A stretch of 64,000 nt of DNA from Clostridia bacterium (GTDB lineage: Bacteria; Bacillota; Clostridia; JAAYHZ01): NCBI GenBank assembly GCA_050950825.1, contig JBMNIH010000006.1, forward strand, positions 160,001 to 224,000. The letters are read 5' to 3'. Under the pieces are notes generated by a model, which worked only from the letters and a program-made list of their open reading frames with translations, was not told the origin of the DNA and ran no database searches. This document shows, one piece after another, positions 37,580 through 46,856 of this stretch (positions within the stretch are counted from its first letter, which is position 1; each line of letters starts with the position of its first letter). Made by a program: the position numbers and the translations under genes.

Positions 37580-38608
37580 TTATCGGCCTAAATCGATCCT
37601 CGTTCTCTTTCGTGAAGATTCGTAAACGGCACAAACCAGTTCCACGGAACGTCTTCCCTCGTATTGGTCAATAAAGGGTCTTCTGCCCCGTTCGAAGGCG
37701 TCTACGATATCCCTGAATTGGTTGGTATGACCTTCCACGGTCATGGCCGCAGGATCCGCCGCGCTGAAGTCTTCGTTGTTTGTAATGACCACGTCCTCCG
37801 GCTTTTCCATGTCTTTTATATCCCATTTAACGATAACGTCTTCTTCCACAACTACGGTTCCTTGGTAGCCCGAGATTTCCAATTTTCTCGGTACACCGGG
37901 ATACACGGATGTGGAAGCTTGAATAACGCCTAACGCCCCGTTTTTGTATTCCAAAACCGCTGCAGTGGTGTCATCGGTTTCAATGTTGTGTACCAGCGTT
38001 CTCGCATGGCCGTAAACGGATTTTACATCTCCCATGATAAACAGGAGCAAGTCCACGCCGTGGACACCTTGGTTCATCAAGGCTCCACCGCCGTCCATAT
38101 TCCAAGTACCTCTCCACGTGCTGTTTTTATAATATTCCGGAGTTCGAAGGAACTTCATATAAACATCGCCGAAGGTTAAACGTCCTAACCATCCGGAATC
38201 GACGGCATTCTTCAGTTGAAGAATCGGTTTCGAAAATCGGGATTGGAAAATAACCGAAAGGAGTACATTGTGTTTTTCACATGCATTAATAATCCGATCG
38301 CAATCTTCTATCGTAATGGCCATAGGTTTTTCCACTACGATATACTTTCCCGCTTCCGCAGCTTGAACCGCCATATCCGCATGCAGTCCGCTGGGAGTAC
38401 AAATACATACCGCATCGATGGCGGGATCTTTTAACATATCCTCATAGGAATCATAGGATTTGATATTGTACTTCGAGCAAAAAGAATCTCTGCTCTTCGG
38501 GCTCCGGCTGGACGCCCCGACTAACCGGGCTCCGACATTAAGGATGGACTGAGCATGCCAGTCTGCGATCAATCCGCAACCTGCAATACCAAAACGAACG
38601 TTACTCAT
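37580..38608 (-). CDS. Gfo/Idh/MocA family oxidoreductase
   Basis: GIAGCGLIA, CTPSGLH, EKP, GGGALMNQGVH motifs. Confidence 0.92.
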   Translation of the reverse strand: MSNVRFGIAGCGLIADWHAQSILNVGARLVGASSRSPKSRDSFCSKYNIKSYDSYEDMLKDPAIDAVCICTPSGLHADMAVQAAEAGKYIVVEKPMAITIEDCDRIINACEKHNVLLSVIFQSRFSKPILQLKNAVDSGWLGRLTFGDVYMKFLRTPEYYKNSTWRGTWNMDGGGALMNQGVHGVDLLLFIMGDVKSVYGHARTLVHNIETDDTTAAVLEYKNGALGVIQASTSVYPGVPRKLEISGYQGTVVVEEDVIVKWDIKDMEKPEDVVITNNEDFSAADPAAMTVEGHTNQFRDIVDAFERGRRPFIDQYEGRRSVELVCAVYESSRKRTRIDLGR

Positions 38609-38752
38609 ACATTACTCCTCTTCTTTGCTATTCTTTACTTTATAGTATTATAGCATACCGTGTCAAATTATAGTATAATCAATTACGTGTTCACGGAGTT
38701 TAGAATCATTGATATACGGTTAACATACACTTATATGGAGAGGAGATGATCC

Positions 38753-39532
38753 ATTATCGCAAAAAAAATAGGAGTTACCTTCGGCGGCGGTGCGGCAAAA
38801 GGCGTAGCCCATATCGGTGTTATTAAATGCTTTCAAGAAAACGGAATCGACTTTGACATCGTTACCGGTAACAGTGCCGGCAGCATAGCGGGGGCTATGT
38901 ATGCTTACGGATATACTTGGCGAAATATGTTGAAGTTTGTCCAGACGGCTACCAAAAGAAAATCCATATGGTTTAAATACGGATTCTTGTACAATTCCGC
39001 TTCCATCGAGTCCATTGTGGAAAAAGCCATCGGAAACGTTCACTTCTCGGATTTACCGAAACCCTTTTGCTGTGTAGCATGCAATCTTCGGACAGGAAAG
39101 CTTGTGGTTTTAAACAGCGGAAAGGTGGCAAAAGCCGTACGCGCCAGTTGTTCCATTCCCGGTATTTATAAACCCACTCCTATAGGCGATATGCTATTGG
39201 TGGACGGATGTATTATAAACAGCATACCCTCCAATATTTGCCGTAACATGGGTGCGGATTACGTTGTCACCGTCGATTTGAATTCCGATCGGCGGAAGGG
39301 TACCACTTCCGATTCATTTGTAGAGTATTTGTTAACATCGTTTTATATCATGGTAGGCAGCAACGCCGTTACCGGTCTGGCCAATTCCGATTTGGTCATA
39401 TCGCCGAACCTGACCGGCTTTAACTATCACAAGCTGGAAAGAATTGAAGAGCTGGTGGAGCTCGGCGAAAAAGCGGCTTATGAAAAATTACCGCAAATCA
39501 AAGAAGCCGTGCGCCGTTTAAAGGAGCAATAG
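38753..39532 (+). CDS. Patatin-like phospholipase (start codon uncertain)
   Basis: The reading frame extends upstream of the ORF-track ATG 38897 to include GGGAAKGVAHIG and GNSAG nucleophile motifs; VDGC matches the DGG motif; no in-frame ATG/GTG/TTG between TGA 38747 and ATG 38897. Confidence 0.8.
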   Translation: MIAKKIGVTFGGGAAKGVAHIGVIKCFQENGIDFDIVTGNSAGSIAGAMYAYGYTWRNMLKFVQTATKRKSIWFKYGFLYNSASIESIVEKAIGNVHFSDLPKPFCCVACNLRTGKLVVLNSGKVAKAVRASCSIPGIYKPTPIGDMLLVDGCIINSIPSNICRNMGADYVVTVDLNSDRRKGTTSDSFVEYLLTSFYIMVGSNAVTGLANSDLVISPNLTGFNYHKLERIEELVELGEKAAYEKLPQIKEAVRRLKEQ

Positions 39533-39541
39533 AAAATCATT

Positions 39542-40039
39542 ATGGAGAGTCGGCAAAATAAATGGGTGGAATTTTTTAAAAAATCCGTAAAAGGCATCAC
39601 TTCGTATGTCCTCGGGAAATTCATTATTTCTCTGATTATCGGAGTGTGCGTCTTTGCCGTCTTGTACTTATTGGATTGTCCGGTTTCTTGGCTTTTCGGG
39701 TTGCTGGCAGGCCTTGGCAATTTGGTTCCTACCGTCGGTCCTTGGTTTGCATTCGGTATATCCGCCGTCATTTTGGTATTCATCGAACCGGTTCAAATTC
39801 TTTATTTGCTTATCGCCACATTGGCCATGCAGGTAGTTGATAATTTTCTTTTAACCCCTTTTATCACCGGTAAAAGCGCCGATATCAAGCCGATTATCGT
39901 GGTTATCCTCATAACGGCGGGAGGCGCTTTGTTCGGAATTCCGGGCATCCTTTTGGCAATCCCTGCCGCCATCGTAGTAAAGGTTTTCTATCGGGTTTTT
40001 GTACAACCCAAAAAAGACGAGCCAAAAAAAGAGGAATAA
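39542..40039 (+). CDS. AI-2E family transporter, short form
   Basis: GNLVPTVGP, QVVDNFLLTP, GGALFGIPGILLAIP match the C-terminal half of AI-2E/PerM proteins; only 165 aa. Confidence 0.75.
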   Translation: MESRQNKWVEFFKKSVKGITSYVLGKFIISLIIGVCVFAVLYLLDCPVSWLFGLLAGLGNLVPTVGPWFAFGISAVILVFIEPVQILYLLIATLAMQVVDNFLLTPFITGKSADIKPIIVVILITAGGALFGIPGILLAIPAAIVVKVFYRVFVQPKKDEPKKEE

Positions 40040-40045
40040 AAAAAG

Positions 40046-40068
40046 AGGCGGAGCAATTCCGCCTTTTT
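40046..40068. terminator. Bidirectional terminator between convergent genes
   Basis: AGGCGGA-GCAAT-TCCGCCT flanked by A- and T-tracts. Confidence 0.7.
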
Positions 40069-41143
40069 AAATTATCTCCAATTCGTCCTTGCTTGGCAAA
40101 TCCGGGAACTTCTCGAAAGGAAGGGTTTGATACCAATAAGCAACCGAGGATATGTCATCTTGCAATGGCAAATATCTGCCTTCGCTTCTCCAACCTAAAG
40201 CTTGGCAAGTCACTTTTAATCGGGTGTCGAATCGAACCGGATCCATGATGTGCCAGCGGTATAGGCCGAATCGAGTTTGCGAACGATATAGTCCGTCCGG
40301 CCTTATCACTTGGTGCATGCCGGAATAGGGAGTAGTAAATTCCGTGTAACGGCCGTTTACGTCAAAGTTGTAAGAGCCGCAGAAATAGTCTTCCGTTCCC
40401 GTACCGCAGATGGTGGGAAATTCATCATCGTCGTCGATGTAGAATTTAACCTCTCCTTCCCCCCACCAGCCGTTGTTGTTAACGCCCCATGCCATATAGG
40501 TTCCGACGTAGTGTCCTTTTCCCTTGATGTTGTCTACTATGGTGTAAACGCTTTTATAGGGCAGCGGGTTGGCTCTTCGGAATTGGGCGTGGAAATAGGC
40601 GGCATCCTCGGGAACTTCCGTCAACATGTAGTCCACTTGGTAGTACAAAACTTTCTCATTTGCTGCCGTATTGGTAACGGTCATACGGCAACGCTTCTTA
40701 AAGGGCATGACCCAGTAGCAATTCAAACCGGACTTCGGATTACAACATACGGCAAGCGACGAAAGCTGGGCGTATTCCTGCCACGCATTGCAGAAAAAGT
40801 CTCCTATCGGGCACTCTACCGAAGGATATTCGTTATCATCCCAGTAAATACGGAATATATATTCCCGCCATGCTCCCGTAGGAGTAACCCAGATGTGGGA
40901 TATGGCTCCCGGACCTTGGATGTCGGCCATGGTATAGGTTTCATTAGGGCCGATTCGAACATAGGGGTTCACTTTCCATCCTTGACCTAAATCCCGTGCG
41001 GCACGAGAAGCCACTCCTTCTATCGCCATACCGCCTTTTCCCTTTTCTCCCGTCGGGTTTTCTGCCGTTATGGACCGAGATACGGCATTTGAAAGCAGCG
41101 GCAAGGTTCCCATATTCATGTTAAGACCGTTAAACCGATACAT
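40067..41143 (-). CDS. DUF2961 / GH172 family glycoside hydrolase
   Basis: SRSITAENPTGEKG, GPGAISHIW, WWGEGEVKFYID, GTGTEDYF, YRWHIMDP motifs. Confidence 0.88.
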   Translation of the reverse strand: MYRFNGLNMNMGTLPLLSNAVSRSITAENPTGEKGKGGMAIEGVASRAARDLGQGWKVNPYVRIGPNETYTMADIQGPGAISHIWVTPTGAWREYIFRIYWDDNEYPSVECPIGDFFCNAWQEYAQLSSLAVCCNPKSGLNCYWVMPFKKRCRMTVTNTAANEKVLYYQVDYMLTEVPEDAAYFHAQFRRANPLPYKSVYTIVDNIKGKGHYVGTYMAWGVNNNGWWGEGEVKFYIDDDDEFPTICGTGTEDYFCGSYNFDVNGRYTEFTTPYSGMHQVIRPDGLYRSQTRFGLYRWHIMDPVRFDTRLKVTCQALGWRSEGRYLPLQDDISSVAYWYQTLPFEKFPDLPSKDELEII

Positions 41144-41228
41144 TTTGTATCCTCCTCATTATGGTGATGGAAATATTATACCATGTAGGTTTCACGATTT
41201 ATCTTGAAGATTCACATCACCTGAAAAA

Positions 41229-42044
41229 TTAAGCGTGCAGGTTTCTCAGTCTCAGCGTGTATTCCACTTTCGATGCAATCATGGAGATGGCTTCGGCGTT
41301 TTTTATGCGCCCGGTGAAACCTTTCCCAAAGACCTTCGCCTTGCCTTCGGGACTTCCTCTCTCCCATGAAATCGTAAAGGCATGTCGTATTGCACGCTCC
41401 ACATTCATTTTGGATGTGAAGTATTTAAAAGCAATGGCGGGATATATGGCTTTGGTAATCGCCATAATGGAATCCGGTTCCACCAACACCATGAAGACCG
41501 CGTCTTTTATGTAGTGAAAGCCTTTGACGCTGGACGGTATGCCGATTTGATACAACGCTTTCATGATTTCGTATTCTATTTGGCTGTCGTTTTCGGATTT
41601 TCGAAAGATGTAGTGGACGGGTTTTTTGACCTTTTGAACGGAGTTCGAATCTTTTTCGCCGTTCGAATAGGGCTTGCATCGAGTTAAAAGCTTCATACGT
41701 CCGTACAAATCTTCCGGAAGGAAGGGTTTGACCATCACGTATTTTGCTCCCTGATTGATCGCCTCATCGGATAATTTTGAGTTCGTTCCGTCGTTCACGG
41801 CAATAAAGGAAGGCGCATTCTCTTTCCAATGGTAATCCGAAAGCACCTCAATGCCGTTTACTTCCGGCAGGACCAAGTCTATAATCACCAAATCGGGATT
41901 CAAGGCATCGATCATATTGCACAATTCTTGCCGGTCTTCCGCTTTTCCGACTAAAGAAACATCTCCTTTGTTCTTAAAAAAGCTGAAAAGGGTTTGGGTC
42001 GTTTCTTCGTCAACAGCCGTAATAATACTTAACGGTTTATTCAT
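41229..42044 (-). CDS. Spo0A-like response regulator (divergent receiver plus Spo0A C-terminal domain)
   Basis: PDLVIIDLVLP...KPF receiver; IGIPSSVKGFHYIKDA, ITKAIYPAIA, VERAIRHA...WERG effector motifs. Confidence 0.8.
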   Translation of the reverse strand: MNKPLSIITAVDEETTQTLFSFFKNKGDVSLVGKAEDRQELCNMIDALNPDLVIIDLVLPEVNGIEVLSDYHWKENAPSFIAVNDGTNSKLSDEAINQGAKYVMVKPFLPEDLYGRMKLLTRCKPYSNGEKDSNSVQKVKKPVHYIFRKSENDSQIEYEIMKALYQIGIPSSVKGFHYIKDAVFMVLVEPDSIMAITKAIYPAIAFKYFTSKMNVERAIRHAFTISWERGSPEGKAKVFGKGFTGRIKNAEAISMIASKVEYTLRLRNLHA

Positions 42045-42177
42045 TTTTTCCGCTCCTTCAACTTGTCTTTTGTTCCTTGGGTTGTTCGATTTTTAAACAA
42101 CCCTTTTTCCGTGTACGTACGAAGCGCTTCCATTCACACTTTTCGATTAATCGAATCGTTTCCTATTATACCGGTAT

Positions 42178-42237
42178 TTCGTCAATATTCAACTAATTTT
42201 GGTCAATTTATTTTGACTTTTTTCGGATTATGTCGAA
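42178..42237. promoter_or_regulatory. Two candidate 0A boxes upstream of the Spo0A-like gene
   Basis: TTCGTCA (42178-42184, TGACGAA on -) and TGTCGAA (42231-42237) match TGNCGAA. Confidence 0.5.
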
Positions 42238-42313
42238 TTAAATCCTTTTTTTCGTGTATTCTTTATGTTGCAATGCGGAAAAGCGTATAAAAAAAAGGAA
42301 TGCAGTGCATTCC

Positions 42314-44524
42314 CTATTTTTCTTTTCCTTTTTCGGCCGGGTCCGGCTCAAACAATTTCATCTGCCGGTCTTCTCTGTCTTCTTCTTTTAAAAACTTGCC
42401 GGTTGCCGGCAGACCTTTTGTTCGATAGTAATCGAGGTCTTGGATACCGGACTCTTCGACGGTACAGACCCTTTTTACCGTATCGCCTTTCCGCAAGCGC
42501 ATGACTTGTACGCCCATGGTCTGCCTTGTGGACTTCAGACCGACTTTATCCGTGTGGAACAAAAGTACCTTGTTAATTTCACTGAACAGCGCAAACTCCG
42601 TGTCTTCTTGCAAGTGGAAGATGGCAACCACAGGGGTTTTGTCATAATAGGCGCCGGTCAGCTTTTTACGATTGGTTTTGGTGGCGTATGCCTGCATTTC
42701 CACCTTCGCCACTTTTCCGTTTTCATAAATAATCACAAGGAATCCGCTGTAGTCCTCCGTAGCGGCAACGGTAAGAATTTTCTCGTTCTCTTCCGTTTCC
42801 AGAAGCCCGGGTAAATAGGAGCCTAACTCCGAAGCCTTGTTGTCATCCAGCTCGTGAGCCTTCAATTTATACACCTTGCATTTGTCGGAAAACAAAAGGA
42901 TGTCCGTTTTGTTTGAAGTTTCCACGGTTTGGATGATACGGTCCTTTTCCTTTAATTTATGCTCAGGATTGGTGCGAAGGGATGTTAACGGGATCTTCTT
43001 CATGTAGCCTTCTTGCGTTAAGAATAATTTTAAATTGTAATCTTCGATGAAGATATCCTCCGTTACTTCCTCCTGCTCTTCTTCCTCTACGATGGTTGTT
43101 TTTCTCGGTTGACCGTATTTTTTGGCGATTCCTTTTAATTGCGAAATGATGATGTTATCCAATTTTTTCTTGCTGCCTAATGTTTCTTCGATATCCTGCA
43201 AGCCTTTTTTCAAGCTTTCGATCTCTTGAATTCTCTGGATAATGTATTCTTTGTTTAAGTTTTTCAAGCGAATCTCCGCAATATATTCCGCTTGGATTTT
43301 ATCGATATCGAAGCCTTTCATTAAGTTGGGTATGACATCGGCGTCTTTTTCCGTATTTCGTATAATGGCAATAGCCTTATCGATATCCACCAAAATTTTT
43401 TGCAAACCCAAAAGCAAGTGGAGCTTTTCCTTCATACGGTCGGCATCGAAGGTCAATTGGCGGCGGATGCATTCTCTACGAAAAGCAAGCCATTCTTCTA
43501 AAATCCCCTTAATGCCCAACAATTCCGGAGTACTTCCCAAAATCATGGTGAAATTGCAGCTAAAAACGTCCTCCAAGGGAGTGGTTTTAAACAGCTTGGT
43601 CATCAACAATTCGTAATCCGTATTTCTTTTAACTTCCAACGTGATTTTCAAACCGCTTAAATCCGTTTCGTCTCGAACATCCGAAATTTCTCGAATTTTT
43701 CCGTCCTTTACCAAAGCCGTAACGGCATCGATAACGGCTTCCGCGGTGGTGGTATAGGGAATTTCGTAGATTTCAATCATGCTGTTCTTTTTATCCACGC
43801 GGTACTTGGCCCGTATCCGAAATCCCCCTTGCCCCGTTTCGTATATTTTCTCCAACTGCTTTCGGTTGTAAATCAGCTCTCCCCCGGTGGAAAAGTCGGG
43901 GGCAATCAAAAAGTCCGCAATATTCACTTTGGGGTTTTTCATGTATTCGATGGTAGCGTTGCATACCTCTCTTAAGTTAAAGCTGCAGAACTTGCTGGCC
44001 ATCCCTACGGCAATGCCTTGGCTTGCGTTAACCAAAATATTCGGGTAAGCGGTTGGCAGCAGAACCGGTTCCTTCAAGGTTCCGTCGTAGTTGTCGACAA
44101 AATCCACCGTATCCTTATCGATGTCCCTGAATAGTTCTTCGCATATGCTTTCCAGCTTGACTTCCGTGTATCGAGCGGCGGCAAAGGCCATATCTCTTGA
44201 GTAGACTTTCCCCATGTTCCCCTTGGAATCGATGTAAGGATGAAGCAAGGATTCGTTTCCTCGGGTCATACGCACCATCGTTTCATAGATGGCCATATCT
44301 CCGTGGGGATGAAGCTTCATGGTCTGCCCTACCACATTGGCGGATTTCGTTCGAGCTCCCTTTAAAAGTCCCAATTTGTACATGGTGTAAAGGATCTTTC
44401 TTTGGGAAGGCTTCAGTCCGTCGATTTCCGGCAGCGCTCTGGAAATGATGACGCTCATGGCGTAAGGCATATAGTTGGTTTCCAGAGTATCGTGTATATA
44501 TTGTGTTCTCATGTTTTTATCCAT
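42314..44524 (-). CDS. Type IIA DNA topoisomerase subunit A (GyrA/ParC-like, divergent)
   Basis: RALPEIDGLKPSQR, HPHGD, catalytic AAARYTE, GIAVGMA; no recognisable GyrA-box. Confidence 0.9.
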   Translation of the reverse strand: MDKNMRTQYIHDTLETNYMPYAMSVIISRALPEIDGLKPSQRKILYTMYKLGLLKGARTKSANVVGQTMKLHPHGDMAIYETMVRMTRGNESLLHPYIDSKGNMGKVYSRDMAFAAARYTEVKLESICEELFRDIDKDTVDFVDNYDGTLKEPVLLPTAYPNILVNASQGIAVGMASKFCSFNLREVCNATIEYMKNPKVNIADFLIAPDFSTGGELIYNRKQLEKIYETGQGGFRIRAKYRVDKKNSMIEIYEIPYTTTAEAVIDAVTALVKDGKIREISDVRDETDLSGLKITLEVKRNTDYELLMTKLFKTTPLEDVFSCNFTMILGSTPELLGIKGILEEWLAFRRECIRRQLTFDADRMKEKLHLLLGLQKILVDIDKAIAIIRNTEKDADVIPNLMKGFDIDKIQAEYIAEIRLKNLNKEYIIQRIQEIESLKKGLQDIEETLGSKKKLDNIIISQLKGIAKKYGQPRKTTIVEEEEQEEVTEDIFIEDYNLKLFLTQEGYMKKIPLTSLRTNPEHKLKEKDRIIQTVETSNKTDILLFSDKCKVYKLKAHELDDNKASELGSYLPGLLETEENEKILTVAATEDYSGFLVIIYENGKVAKVEMQAYATKTNRKKLTGAYYDKTPVVAIFHLQEDTEFALFSEINKVLLFHTDKVGLKSTRQTMGVQVMRLRKGDTVKRVCTVEESGIQDLDYYRTKGLPATGKFLKEEDREDRQMKLFEPDPAEKGKEK

Positions 44525-44549
44525 AGGGTTCCTCCTTTATTCGCATCCT

Positions 44550-46526
44550 TTAGCTGATATCCGCCAAATCAACATACTTCCTGCCGTGGTCGCGAATAAA
44601 TTTCTTTCTTTCGTTCAAGTTTTCACCTAACAAAATATCAAACATTCTTTCCGTCAAATCCATATCCGATTGGTCGATGCGAATCAAACGTCGGGTTTCC
44701 GGGTTCATCGTGGTCTCCCACATCATTTCCGGTTCGTTCTCTCCTAACCCCTTCGAACGCTGGATGGTGCATTTTCCTTTTAATTTGGCTAAAATCGCGG
44801 CCTTCTCCCCTTCGTCGTAGGCAAAATAGGTTTTCTTGTCGGAGGAGGTAATCTCGTACAAAGGCGTTTCCGCAATAAACACCTTGCCGTTTTTAATAAG
44901 AGAAGGAACCAGACGGTACAGCATGGTAAGAATAAGGGTTCGTATTTGGTATCCGTCCACGTCGGCATCCGTACAAATAATGATTTTGTTCCAGCGTAGC
45001 TTGTCCATATCGAAGCTTTGCAGATCCTTGGCCTTGCTTGATTGGATTTCCACGCCGCAGCCTAATACCTTGATCAAATCCACGATGACATCGTTTTTCA
45101 AAATGGTATTGATATCGCTTTTCAAACAGTTTAAAATTTTACCTCTTACGGGCATAATGGCTTGGAATTCCGCGTTGCGCCCTAATTTGCAGGAGCCTAA
45201 GGCCGAATCACCCTCCACGATATACAATTCTCTTTTTTCCACGTCCTTCGTTCTGCAGTCCACAAACTTTTTAACGCGGTTATTAATATCGATTCCCCCG
45301 GAAAGCTTTTTACGTATATTGATTCGGGTGCTTTCGGCGGTTTCACGGCTTCTTTTGTTTACCAATACTTGGTTTAATACTTTTTCCGCATCTTCCGCAT
45401 TTTCGATTAAGAAAATCTCCAGTTTCTCCTTTAAAAAGTCGGTCAGCGCTTTTTGAATGAAGGCATTGGTAATGGCCTTTTTCGTCTGGTTCTCGTAGCT
45501 TGTAATGGTGGAAAAAGAACTCAAAACCAATACCAAACAATCTTGGACGTCTACGTAGGTAATTTTCGATTCGTTTTTGTTATACATATTCTTCTGCTTT
45601 AAAAATTGGTCGAGTACGCTGACGAAAGCGCTTCGCACCGCCTTGTCCGGCGCTCCTCCGTATTCCAAGAAGCTGGAGTTGTGGTAGTATTCGATGACGC
45701 TGCCGGCATTGCTGAAGCAAAAGCACACCTCCGCTTTCACTCGATATTCCGGCTTGTCCTTACGATCTCTTCCGGAGGTGGACATGGTATAGTAATAGGA
45801 GTCGGTAAAGGCTTTGTCCTCCGAAAGCTCCTTTACATAGTCCTTGATACCGTCTTCGTATAAAAACTCCATGGTTTGGTCGGACTCTTCGTCATAGAAT
45901 AGGAACTTTAAGCCCTTGTTGACAACGGCTTGTTTTTTTAATACGTCCACGTAAAACTCTACGGGAATATCGATTTCGGTGAATACTTCCAAGTCCGGAC
46001 GCCATTTGATGGTGGTTCCCGTTATATTCTCTTTTATGGAAACGGTTTTTAAGCCCCCGATGTTGTATCCTTTCTCAAAATGGAGGTTGTGCTTTTTATT
46101 GTTCCGATAAACCTCCACGTCCATGTATTCCGCACTGTACTGGGTGGCACAGCATCCTAAGCCGTTTAAACCTAAGCTGAATTGATAAAAGTCTCCCTTG
46201 TTGTTGTCGTACTTTCCTCCTGCGTACAGTTCGCAGTAAATCAATTCCCAATTGTAGCGGCCTTCTTTTTCGTTGAACTCTACCGGGGTTCCTCGGCCGT
46301 AGTCCTTGACCATGATGGATTTGTCTTTAAACCGGGTAACTTCGATTACATTTCCGTATCCTTCTCTCGCCTCATCGATCGAATTGGACAGTATTTCAAA
46401 AAAGCTTTGCTTACACCCGTCCAACCCGTCCGAGCCGAATATGACCGCGGGACGCAGCCTTACACGATCCGGTCCTTTCAAAGCCCTTATGCTGTCGTCA
46501 TCGTATGTTGTTTTTGCTTTTGACAT
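44550..46526 (-). CDS. Type IIA DNA topoisomerase subunit B (GyrB/ParE-like, divergent)
   Basis: EILSNSIDEA, DYGRG, VEGDSA, PVRGKILN, DADVDG Toprim motif, KGLGE. Confidence 0.92.
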   Translation of the reverse strand: MSKAKTTYDDDSIRALKGPDRVRLRPAVIFGSDGLDGCKQSFFEILSNSIDEAREGYGNVIEVTRFKDKSIMVKDYGRGTPVEFNEKEGRYNWELIYCELYAGGKYDNNKGDFYQFSLGLNGLGCCATQYSAEYMDVEVYRNNKKHNLHFEKGYNIGGLKTVSIKENITGTTIKWRPDLEVFTEIDIPVEFYVDVLKKQAVVNKGLKFLFYDEESDQTMEFLYEDGIKDYVKELSEDKAFTDSYYYTMSTSGRDRKDKPEYRVKAEVCFCFSNAGSVIEYYHNSSFLEYGGAPDKAVRSAFVSVLDQFLKQKNMYNKNESKITYVDVQDCLVLVLSSFSTITSYENQTKKAITNAFIQKALTDFLKEKLEIFLIENAEDAEKVLNQVLVNKRSRETAESTRINIRKKLSGGIDINNRVKKFVDCRTKDVEKRELYIVEGDSALGSCKLGRNAEFQAIMPVRGKILNCLKSDINTILKNDVIVDLIKVLGCGVEIQSSKAKDLQSFDMDKLRWNKIIICTDADVDGYQIRTLILTMLYRLVPSLIKNGKVFIAETPLYEITSSDKKTYFAYDEGEKAAILAKLKGKCTIQRSKGLGENEPEMMWETTMNPETRRLIRIDQSDMDLTERMFDILLGENLNERKKFIRDHGRKYVDLADIS

Positions 46527-46636
46527 ACTGTCCCTCCAAATTCCATATTTCTTTTCTTTATCCTGTTGTTTTCTCGATTTTTCGATTGACGATTAAAATT
46601 GCATGCAAAATAAAAAGAATCAAATTTCTTATTAAA

Positions 46637-46652
46637 ATACAAGATATAGTGG
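46637..46652. promoter_or_regulatory. Candidate NrdR box upstream of the topoisomerase operon
   Basis: ATACAAGATATAGTGG resembles the consensus acaCwAtATaTwGtgt; only one copy found. Confidence 0.4.
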
Positions 46653-46856
46653 CTTTTTTCACCTAACCTATACAGTTTATTATAATATCATTTTGAAAAT
46701 AAAGTCAAATGATTTGTGAAAACCTGCTATATCAAAGCTTTTCGCCGCTTTTTTGATTCATTTCGTGTCTGCTTTTCGTTTCATGAAAATGTCACGCATA
46801 TGTATAAAAAATCAGTAAAACATAAAATACAGAGATAAATATTTAGGAGGACATGT

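Noticed and set aside
38720-39043. 107-aa minus-strand ORF upstream of the patatin ORF-track start
   Set aside because: It overlaps the conserved patatin N-terminal motifs encoded on the plus strand.
40310-40990. 226-aa ORF antisense to the GH172-like gene
   Set aside because: Shadow ORF with no independent evidence.
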